From assembly GCA_051362555.1 (NCBI GenBank), contig CM120640.1:42014788-42078787 (forward strand): 64,000 bases of DNA, written 5' to 3'. The stretch is from Lingula anatina (Eukaryota > Animalia > Brachiopoda). The notes under the pieces were generated by a model. It made no database searches. It saw only the letters and a program-made list of their open reading frames with translations, and had not been told where the DNA came from. Every line of letters begins with the position of its first letter. Position 1 is the stretch's first letter. Of the stretch, positions 1 to 10,306 are shown one piece after another. A program made the position numbers and the translations under genes.

Positions 1-2948
1 TGAGATGCAGATTACCCACTCCCTTTTCAACCCAAGTGCTGTCTTTTTGGTAAAACAACTTGCACCTGAAGTATACAAGAACAGGTTGAAAATATGTCTG
101 TATCAGAAAAATCTGTTTTCCTTTTCTGTTTCACAGTCTTGTTATTGTACACAAGCATCTTAAGTAAAGTTTGTACTTAAATGCCCTTGAATAAGATCAA
201 TTCTGAAGAACTCCAACTCTATGCCCACTCTTTTCTGCATACTTCACTTCTCCTCTACATATTTCACATTTATTACTTTTATTTTATCCCATCTCTTTTC
301 CTCATCCTCATATTTTCTATCAGTACTGACATGACAACGTCAATGAATATGCCACACACCTTTTTGTATACAATGCTCCTTCCTCTTCTACTTGCTTCAC
401 TTCTGCTTTAGGTGGAACATACTCCTCTTCTTCACCATCTCCCCCTGTCTCTCCCCCAGAACCATCTAAACAAAAGATATTTTCAGTTTTAGCCACTGAG
501 ACATATTTTCATGTATGTGCCATCATTTTTTTTAAACAAAAGAAATGCCTTTTATTTTCCTAAACCACATAGCTCTGTCCGTAAAATTTGAGGTGCATCA
601 ACAAATCATTCATAACTGAAACTACTTCTTTCTCATTCGAAATCACTTTCAATGATTTTAGAAAATGCTGATGAATCATAACATAACTTTAGTTAAAATA
701 TTCTACACAAAAGATGAAATAAACCACTGCTTAACTTATTGTGTTGTAAGTTATGATAACTATACCTTGGTGCAGAACAATAAAACAAACCTTTTCCAGT
801 GGACTCTGTGGGTTTATTGACAGCAAATGAGAAGGGCTGTAACCCTGATCCAAATACTGAGGTAGTACTACTTCCAAATATTGAGCCACCTGTTTTTGTA
901 GCTTTTGCATCACTCTCTACTCCAAAGCTGAATGCTGGTTTGGGCTGTGAATCCTTGGTAGCATCAGGTGGGGACACACCAAATGTAAATCCACCAAAAG
1001 TGGGCTTCTTTTCCTCTACAAAGAGAATAACTTGGCATGCATCAAATATGTATCTGTTCGGTATTCATACATATAACTATTTATGTAATTCATTTAAATG
1101 TCAAATAAACAATTGTATGTATCAGTGGTTGTATTATCTGATTAATGGTTCAATGCATTGCCACCTATATATTTAAGTAGTTACACTAACATTGAGTAGT
1201 GAATCTCTAACACACTCAATAGTGTAAGTACACGATGTCAGCAGTGATCATATGACTTTCGCAGTTTATGGCTTGGCCGAGTTCCAATGGTAGATAGGAT
1301 AAGAATATTTCGTTTAAGTCAGATGTGCAGGGGCATACGTGTAGTACTCAATATCGTTTCACTAAATGAATTAAAGCTGCTGTGCTAGTTGTTTGTCTTA
1401 AAAGACAAATCTGAAAACCAAATACTTCACTTATGCATACATGGGTATTTGAAATGAAAGTCATTTACAACAAATAGGCAAATGAACCTTTTGAAAGATA
1501 TTTGAATTTTGGTCGTGAGTCATTTTTACATAAAAAGGGACTAAAAAATTACTTTTCCCATTCATTTTCACCTACCTTTCTCTTCAGTTTGTGGTACTAC
1601 AGTAACAGTTGATTTTTCTTCCTTTTTGTCCTGCAGTGAAAGTTTAGCATCTTCTTCACTAGCTTCTTCTTTAGCTTCATCTGGGTATTTCTTCTCAACT
1701 TCAGCTAAATGTTTCTCATAATCTTTGAATATTGGAGTCAGGATGCAGTATGGGTTCTTTTCCACGTGCTGCTGGACCCAGCGAGCAAGACTCTCATTAA
1801 GATTCTTTAAAAGTTTAAGATACTCTCGACGAGGCAACTTGGCTTTTGATTTGCTGGCATCTCCACCATTTGAGTCATTAGATTTCTCTGCAGCTACAGA
1901 AATCTTATCAGGATTTTCACTCGACTTAGTGCTTTTAGCTCCATTTGATAAACCAGTCAGTGGTTTACTGCCAAAACTGAAAGCTGGTGCCTCAGGACCC
2001 GTACTTGAAGCAAGCCCAGCAAAACCAGTGAACCCCTTAAATGCAGAAGTGCCTCCATTCTGAAAACAACAAAAATAATGAAAATAATTAATAATAAATG
2101 AAAAAAATTAATAATAAATAAAAATCTTTTTGAAATTAGGTTATACTTTGTAGAAAAATCGGATTTGTAAGTATTTAAAAAACAAGACAACTCGATAAAC
2201 TAGCTTTTGTGGATAAGTAGAAATGTGCATCTATAAGCTGGGGAGTTGAGTATGTACCACAAGTAATCTGGCAGGGCACACTATGGAACATCTTCAGCCC
2301 CCAAAGCTTTGAATAATAAGGTTTCAGATGCTAAACCTTGCTAGGTGTATCATATGTCTCAAATAGACCGCTACATGAATCCAGTATTAATGTTCTAAAC
2401 AATTGTAGGAGGCATTTTCTTTTTAAGTGTAAACTTTTCCTTACAGAATCAGTGCTTCCTCCAATACCTCTCCTCTTGGCTTTCTTTATCTGTCTCTGTT
2501 CAAGGACAGTGGTTGAAGCTTGTTTAAATACACCAGCCTAGGAAAAACATTATACTAAAGTAAAAGTACTATTACAATGTCTGTGATAGATATAAAAAAT
2601 AACTTAAGTCTTAACCAGATATTTTTCACTTTAAGTTGAAGTTTGCTTTAAGCAAGTACTTTAGAAGCAGAAAGCCAAAACATCTGCAGCAAAGCAACTG
2701 AGAGAATGGATTTTTTAACCATATCTACAGGACCCACAAAAAATTATCAATTTTCTTTTGATCCCTTCTTTATCCAAAACTACATTATTCTTAGCACTGG
2801 CTTAAAAGTCAACATGACAGTATAAGTGTTATGAACTAATGTGTCACAATACAATTTTAATGCAAATGTATACATGTACCTCTTCAGCCTCCTCCTCTTC
2901 ATCCCAGTTACGATCAGTTAGCTGGTTAGCAGCAATTCTTTTTGACAT
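1..2948 (-). CDS. NUP50: Nucleoporin NUP50 (spliced; 3' end lies beyond window start)
   Basis: Coding exons 2948-2880, 2537-2445, 2059-1576, 1015-791, 465-360 and 65-1 have GT-AG boundaries and compatible phases. N-terminus MSKRIAANQLTDRNWDEEEEAEE...IKKAKRR matches the Nup50 importin-alpha-binding segment. It is followed by LNESLARWVQQHVEKNPYCILTPIFKDYEKHL, FG repeats (FTFG, FSFG) and the start of the RanBD (ALYTKRCKLFYQKD...EKGVGNLHL). Confidence 0.96.
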
Positions 2949-3169
2949 TTTCTTTTCAGATTCTGCAGTAAAGAAGATTTTTCATAAGAAGAAGAAATGG
3001 TTTGTACTTTTACCTATATCAATTAGATATTAATTTCACACTATTATTCCCTCCAAGAACAAGATGCAAAGAATGTCTTTTAAAATAATTTTAGTACTAG
3101 TAGGTTTTTTTTTTCTAAAAATTTTTGTAATGATGAATGTAGAATTAAATTGGGTTTTGTAAGAATCCT

Positions 3170-3440
3170 TCCGGATGACCCTGTGGTTGGAGTGTCCGCC
3201 TCTGGAGCGGGAGGACATAGGTTTGACCCTGTCCGGGGAAACACCAGTCCTTTATAAACGATACCTGCTGTCTCCCAACTTGGCACTCAGCACTAAGGGG
3301 TTGAAGCAGGGGTCTGGTCTGGCAGTGGAGAAGTGGTATGTTTGCTAGCTTTGAAAGCCTAATACGGTGGAGGGGTGTATTCTCCCCAGGGAGGCAAGAG
3401 CGACAACTTATAGCATGCAACAGGGCAAAAATGACCAGGC
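3170..3440 (+). mobile_element. tRNA-derived SINE (possibly MetaSINE/Nin-type core)
   Basis: tRNA-like head with A-box-like TGGTTGGAGTGTCCGCC and B-box-like GGTTTGACCC, then a core ...GATACCTGCTGTCTCCCAACTTGGCACTCAGCACTAAGGGG resembling invertebrate SINE central domains as I recall them. Ends are approximate. Confidence 0.65.
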
Positions 3441-3503
3441 TTCCTTTGAATTGTGAATTAAATAAATATATGTATAACTTCATTCCTCATATAAAATCCA
3501 CAG

Positions 3504-4965
3504 ACATTTTGCTCCAGAATTTGAATAAAAAGATATCCGATGCTATCAAACAGATTGTCATGTGTCTCACCAGCGTAGATCTAACTGGACAGCTACCAGG
3601 CTATACAACACAAAATGGTTTCACACATGAAATGAAAGTGGCAGCAAGACAACAAGTGAAAGACGTGTTCAAGGATAAAACCAACTGAACTGTAAAGTGT
3701 GATGAAAAATCAAAGCCTCTGGGACATATGGCACAAGTTGAATTATGATAAGACTATTTACTTGGATGGAATCAAGGAGCAAGCTGGTGGCAAGGCAACA
3801 GACTATCTCTAACCTCATGCAATCTTTCAAATCAGTTAAAAGTATTTAAACCCCAGATGAGTGCAGTGACTTCAACATTCTGAACAAGATTACAAACACA
3901 ATGTCAGATCGCCATGTAATTTAGCCCTTGATGATATGTTGGAAAAGGAGAAGGAGCAAAGTTAAATCGCTTTAGGTGCACTATGCATCCCCTCTACACA
4001 ATGGCCAAGGAAGGAAGCAGAGAGGGTTGTTAGGGAGCCTGAAACTAGGAATGTAACACCTACCAAAACATCAGGACCTATGCCATTCTGCCACCACAGT
4101 GAGAGCAGTACCCAAGCACTAGTTCAAGCAACCGACAAACTGTTTCACTTACAGCATTCCTGTAAGAAGGACATTACACTCTTTCTCAAGGGAAAAGGAC
4201 TGATACAAAAGGATTCTGTTGTATACTACAAATTTGTTGGTAACAGGTTTCACATTTACATGCTGAGCTGTGGTATTTGTATCACTTTGCATCCCACATT
4301 ACAGATTTCTTCAAGCAGTACTATCCACCAAAGAACAATGTACACCATTCTGCTGTCAATGCATGACAGGTTCCTGCACTGCAGATGGCCATGTGTGCAA
4401 CAGGGCTGTTCAGCAAGGTGGTCACACGTTTCTGGATGCGTGTGCTTGGAATTGTTACTTATATATTGGATATGAATTCATTGTATAGAGGTATAAAGAA
4501 GCCACTGACAAGCTGAAACTATGAAAAGGCAGCTGTCAGATAAGTTACCTCGTGGTATATTTTGGGAGCCTTCAAGTAACCTGTTGAAGGAATCAAAGTC
4601 TTGTGAAGCCACCAATATCAGTGCTGAGAGAACATTTGCTTCAGCAGACCAGATAATCCATTGTGCACGGAATGCCAAAATATCCCATGTGGAAGGGAAA
4701 ACCATGTACCACAAAACCAAACTGTCAAATACTTGGCTCAACTTAATGAAAAGGAAAAGCTGCACGGATTAAGTTGTGCATGCAGCAAGCGCTTGATGTC
4801 CATGTAGATAACAAGGAAAACAGGGAGGCTTTCCCCATGAGGACAGAAGACCTACTGAAGGAGAATAGAAAGCAGCTGCTTCCCAAAGAGGAAAAAGATA
4901 AAGACAAATATGAAGACCTTTGGACATGTGAAGATGACATGAGCTCCAACCTATTAGAAACTTAA
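3504..4965 (+). pseudogene. Decayed DNA-transposon transposase-like coding remnant
   Basis: Frameshifted fragments form one collinear protein: LPGYTTQNGFTHEMKVAARQQV, ALVQATDKLFH, FVGNRFHIY, LYHFASHITDFF, ATGLFSKVVTRFWMRVLG, ATNISAERTFASADQ. Many stops and frameshifts; superfamily not assigned. Confidence 0.55.
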
Positions 4966-7404
4966 AAGAACAAAATCCTTGGGTACGATCAAAGCTCAGA
5001 TATATATTAGGACCAAAATTCTTGTCATGCAGTGTCTGTATATATAAAATAATTTTCACTTTGGCTATCATTCATTGTAACTATCAATTATTAAAAATGG
5101 CAAATATAAAATGCATTTTAGTGAGACTTGACTGAAGATTATCAATCTGCCTTACTTCAAGTAGACACTAATATTTATAAATCAAGATCATGGTAAGATT
5201 TTGACAACCTTTGACAAAAAATGGCAGAGATGGTGTAATTTAAAATGTAATGGCCTTTCATCCAAAATGACTTATGTTTATTACCAGGTCAGGTATGTGC
5301 CATGAGGCATAATGTTCTCGTTGATTCTACAAGTACAAGTTCATAGAACAATTCAACTGGTATTTAGAAGCCATTGATGCCAGCAAAGCTACAGACGTGT
5401 GAAAAATTGGATTGCTATTAACAGTGGCTGGGGGTGAGGCCCAAGACCTTTACCGCACTTTCACTTATGACGAAGAGGGAGACGAAAAGATTTTTGAGAA
5501 GGTAGTGGAGAATTTTAAGAGGTTCTGTGAACCGAGGAAGAATGAAATATATGAACGATACTGTTTCAGAACATGTGATCAGCAAGTCGGTGAAACTTTT
5601 GAGCACTATGTAACTGATCTCAAAAACAAAGCAGATACGTGTAACTTTGGCATTTTAAAAGAAGAAATGATCAGAGACCAGAGCGTTGTCGGCATCAGAG
5701 ACCTCAGACTAAAAGAAAAACTTCTCTGCACGGAAGATCTAACCCTCTAGAAAGCCGTACAGACGTGCATGGCCGCGGAAACCTGCCAGGAGCAAATGAA
5801 AACCCATGTAGCAGTGACAAGCCTCATAACAGTAAATCTTCAACTAGAGACTGTTGCAGATGTGGGGGGGGGGGGGGGGGGGGGACCACAATAAATACAA
5901 GTGTCCGGCATGGGGAAAGATGTGTAGAAAATGCAAAGGATGGAACCATTTTGCAAATAAATGTAGAACAGACAGTAAAGTACATGCTCTGAATGCTGTA
6001 TCTGATGAAAAAGATGAAGAACTATTTGTTTCTACAGTCAGAACTGACAGATCAAAGTGTGAGTGGATAGCTCCAGTGAGTGTGAATGGCACAGTTATGC
6101 CCTTGAAAATAGACAGTGGCTCTTAGGTGAACATTCTGAGTATTGAACATTATGAGTATTGATGATTACAATTTGTTAAGACAGAAACCAAGACTGTACA
6201 GTACTAACACTAAACTGAGTGCTTATAACAACACTAGCATTTCTACAAAGGGTATATGTTATGTAAGTCTGACTCTAAAGTCAGGAAAGAAAATAAATAA
6301 TGTAAAATTTTATGTAGCAAACCAAGACTGTGTATCAATACTAGGAGCAGGAGATAGTGAAAAATGTGGTTTAGTAATAAGAACTAGAGATGTCAGAAAA
6401 GTATATGTATATGGCATTACAGAGGGTGGTTTAATGAAGTATTACATCAAAGAAAAGTACAGAGATGTATTTACAGGCATTGGTTGCCTGGAAGGTGAAG
6501 TTTGTATTAAACTCAAAGACAATGCAAAGCCAATAATATATGCAGCTCGTAAAGTACCTTTTGCTTTGAGAGATAAACTCCAGAAAGAATTAGAAAGATT
6601 GGTAAGTCAGAACATAATAAAGAAAACAGATGGTCCCACAGACTGGGTACTTCCCTTAGTATTAGTTGAAAAAGCTAATGGTAACCTTAGAATATGCATG
6701 GATCCTCTAAGATTGAATGAATATGTCTGCCGAGAACAATATCATTTACCAGAGAAATCTGAAATAGAGAGTGACATGGCAGGTGCCAAGTGTTTTTCAA
6801 AACTGGACCTTCGCCATGGTTTCTATAACCTTAAGTTAGATGAGCAAAGCTCTAGGTTGTGTACAGTGGCTACACCGTTTGGTAGATATTCATTTCTTAG
6901 GATGCCATATGGTGTGAAAAATGCACCAGAGATTTTTCATGCTAAGATAGCTCAGTTATTTGAAAATGAGAAAAATGTGAAAGTTTTTATTGATGATATA
7001 GTGATTTATGCTGAAACATGGTCAGAGCATAGCAGAATTTTACAACATGTGATAAATATCGTAGAGAAAGCAGGTGTGAAGCTCAATGGAGACAAATGTG
7101 AAATAAGTTGTACTGCTCTAACATTTCTAGGTGATTGTCTTACAGAACATGGTATAAAGCCAGATCCATGTAAAGTCACTGCTATAAACAATATGCCTGA
7201 TCCAACATGTAAGGAAGGAATTACTTGATTGTAGTAGATTACACCTCAAATTATCCAGAAATTGCTAAATTAGAAAATTTGAGTAGTCAGTGTGTGATCC
7301 ACCATTTCAAAGCTATTATAGCTAGGTATGGAATTCCTAGAATTGTTGTTACAGATCCAGGAAAACAGTTTGATTCCTATATGTTTACAGATTTTGCTAA
7401 TGTA

Positions 7405-8272
7405 TACTGAACAAAAATATAAATGCACGAAACTAAAATGGTCGGTTGAAATGGACAATCATGAAATATGCCCAGGTTGATGGTTTATTTATGAACTGAT
7501 GGATTTGTTTTGATCAAGTATAGTGGTCTGGTTTCACTTGGCCGCTCCCCGTGAGTATACTCAAAGGTTTAGTTTTTACAACCATAAGACTAATGGAGCA
7601 TGACGGAGTGGAGGTCAATCTGCATGACCAATACACAGACACTCCTTACAGTCTAGGCAATAAAAGGACACACCAAAATGTGCATTTCTGTCACTTGTTA
7701 ACATGCCACAGATGTCTGGAATCATAAGGGAGCATGCCATCGGCATGCTCAATACTGGCTTGTCGGTAACAGAAGTTGCCGCATGCCTGAATGTGCATCA
7801 TTCCACTGTCAGCCGTCTGAGAACACGCTTCAGAGACACTGGTAGCACTAGGAACCACCCACATGCACCGACCACACCCAATATGTTACCCGTCAAACAC
7901 CTGTGGAATGTTCTGGATCAGCGTTTTAGCCATCATGCTCCAGCTCTCGAGAATGTTCGCCAACTGCGAGTAGCACTCCAGGAGGAACGGGATAATATCC
8001 CTCAGGCCACTATTGACAACTTAGTGATGTCCATGCGCCGCTGGTGTCATGCTCTGCGCAAAGTTAATGGTGTCTGTGAACTCAGGATGTTGACCCCAAT
8101 GGTGTATTTGATGCCCTAACTCTTGGACTATGCATTTAAACTTCCCCTAATGCTCTCAAAGTGATGTCAATTTGTCGAGAAGAATATGCTGTTATTTTTG
8201 GCTATATACTCTAGTTCCACATATGAAAATAAATCTACATATTCTTTCGTGCGTTTATATTTTTGTTCAGTA
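7405..8272 (+). mobile_element. Non-autonomous Tc1/mariner element nested in the Gypsy integrase
   Basis: TIRs TACTGAACAAAAATATAAATGCACGAAA and TTTCGTGCGTTTATATTTTTGTTCAGTA, with TA TSD at 7403-7404 and 8273-8274. Removing it restores the integrase frame (FANV|YGFKHIQSSP). Confidence 0.93.
7703..8119 (+). pseudogene. Internally deleted Tc1 transposase (HTH fused to C-terminus, DDE core missing)
   Basis: Paired-like HTH (REHAIGMLNTGLSVTEVAACLNVHHSTVSRLRTRFRDTGST) joins directly to a degenerate SPDLNPIEHLW-type motif (TPNMLPVKHLW) and the C-terminal helices (IPQATIDNLVMSMRRWC). Confidence 0.85.
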
Positions 8273-9077
8273 TATATGGATTTAAACATATCCAGAGTAG
8301 TCCAAAGCATAGTCAAAGTAATGGCAAAGCTGAGAAAGGTGTTCAGATTGTCAAAAGAATGTTAAAGAAGACCAGTGAATCTGGGGAAGATCCATATTTA
8401 GCACTGTTGAATTATAGAACTACACCTTTGTCTGGTGCAAATAGTCCTTCAGAAATAATGACGGGAAGGAAAGTTAGAAATAGATTGCCAGATGTAGTTG
8501 AACATAGAAACAAGGATTTGATGAGGAATAAGGAAAATAGTAAAAATAAAAAATATTATGTTGGTGCAAAACTGTTAAAACCTCTGCACCAAGGTGATGT
8601 TGTAAGGTTCACAGAGAAAGAAATACAGGTGTTTGAAGTGATAAAGGTAGAATTTTAGGGGAAAATTAAACGTTAAACTTGAAAATGGAACTGTATTAAG
8701 AAGGAATAGACGAGATTTACTTTTAACAAAAGAACCATTTGAGTTGAAGCCTGAAGTAGATATTGATATGGACCAGAGTCCTCAGGCACAAGTTAATGTT
8801 ATGCCACAAGCTGTAACTCTACCTGATGTCAAGACTCGTAGTAGTAGAAACATTGTTAAACCAAAAAGACTTATTGAAGAGTGTTAAAGGACATTGTTTT
8901 TGTTGTTGAGATAAGGAGAACAAACAATGTAGATTAAAGCATAAGATAGTTTATTGAGAAACATTTGTTGTAAAAAAAAAAAAGATGTATCACAATGTCG
9001 TTAAATGTATGACCTTTTTGTGTTACGTAATAAAGACACTTGACGACACCACGCCATCTTAGAGTCACGTTGTTACA

Positions 9078-9506
9078 GGTTGGCAGTCAAACATTCAAGT
9101 TCATCCACATTTCCCTGCCTGCCAATCAAAAATAGCAGTCAACCACTCAAGGACGTCCACTTTTGAAAATGTATAAATAGAGCTGCTCTATGCAGTGTGA
9201 GCCAGTTTTTAAGTCAGAAGTCCAGTAGAGTAGAGTACAGCAAGATAGCCAGAGAGAGTGTATAGAAAGCAGCATAGAGTGCAGCAGACAGTGTATAGAG
9301 ATAGAAAAGTAGCTGGTTCCCAATACAGATACATGTACATGTGACCTGCATGCTAAGTGTTCTTAGAAAATAAAAGAAAAGAAGGAAACCAGTTGAAGTG
9401 TTGTGCGGTTTTTCACAGGCCGCACTGGTGGCAGCAATCTACTTAAAGAAAAACCGATATGGTTCTGAAAGAAAACCCTAGCGCAGAGCAAGGAGAGAAC
9501 ATAACA
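9078..9506 (+). mobile_element. LTR-like segment (second or solo LTR remnant)
   Basis: Ordered CCAAT (9122), TATAAAT (9172), AG-rich tract, AATAAA (~9369) and a ...CATAACA end at 9506, as in a U3-R-U5 layout. No TSD or partner LTR found. Confidence 0.4.
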
Positions 9507-9703
9507 CTGGGGACAAGAACCCTACAATATGTACTGTACAGTGGACATGTACGTGGGTGCTAATTTAAACATCCTTGAATGAAGAGAGAGATAATGTCTG
9601 AAGACACACTAGACATTAAAATTAGGAAACAAAAATATGCAAGCTGCCACATACATTTACAAAATAGGGAATAATGTTTCGTCAAAGAAATCCAAATGCT
9701 TAC

Positions 9704-10306
9704 TTTGTACCAAATTAACTTCGTTTCAAAATCCCGGTGTCACTCTATGGGCGCAGCCATGATGGACCTACTTTTTCAGATTATTGCGATTGCGGATGAG
9801 TTTGTTAATTTGTATTGTGTTATGTAGAAGAAAAACAATATAGAAAAGGATGCAGCTTGGGAGCCTACGACATGAAAAAGTAAAATGAATGTGATATAGT
9901 GCGCGCAACTATTTTAATAAACAGACATTCCTTTTCTTTATCATAATTGATAGGGACACATCCGGGGATTACTGACAAATATCATACTTTTGTTGGATTC
10001 TTGGCAGAAAATAGGCCACCATCCTGTTAATTCTTTTGTTATAAAAACATTCTATAATTTTAGTTCACATGAATAAATACTGACGTTATAGCTTTTGGTT
10101 GTTTATGAACAGATTTCAATGATAATTTGGTCAAAGATACAATTCTTAACATAACTGATTCTTCCGCAAGGGTAGCAGGTGGTGCGGTTGTGCTGTTTTG
10201 CTCAATGGTGGAGAAACCAGCGAAACTTTTCCATAATTAGTTTTCTAGTAGAAAAGACAATAGTCTAGAATATCTTACTCCTCGGTCGATTAAGCATTGT
10301 TTTAAG
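9704..10306. promoter_or_regulatory. Putative bidirectional promoter NUP50/PHF21A, with non-coding NUP50 exon 1 at about 9704-9780 (-)
   Basis: Minus-strand donor GTAAGC at 9703-9698, a YY1-like ATGGCTGCGCC motif at 9760-9750, local CpG enrichment, and the PHF21A ATG at 10307 on the opposite strand. The NUP50 ATG exon has an acceptor at 2963-2964, so an upstream exon is required. Confidence 0.6.

Larger units (their letters stand above)
5337..9077 (+). mobile_element. 5'-truncated, degenerate Ty3/Gypsy LTR retrotransposon (gag-PR-RT-IN) in the inferred NUP50 intron 1
   Basis: gag (FCEPRKNEIYERYCF); CCHC knuckle (CRKCKGWNHFANKC); protease LKIDSGS; RT 6143-7228 (LRICMDPLRLN, FSKLDLRHGF, RMPYG, FIDD); integrase halves IVVDYTSNYPE...VTDPGKQF and HIQSSPKHSQSNGKAEKGV. 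A purine tract precedes a TG...CA LTR-like segment at 8986-9077 containing AATAAA. Stops and frameshifts present; no 5' LTR seen. Confidence 0.92.

Noticed and set aside
3170-3245. tRNA gene
   Set aside because: The A/B boxes are degenerate, there is no complete cloverleaf, and the sequence continues into a SINE core.
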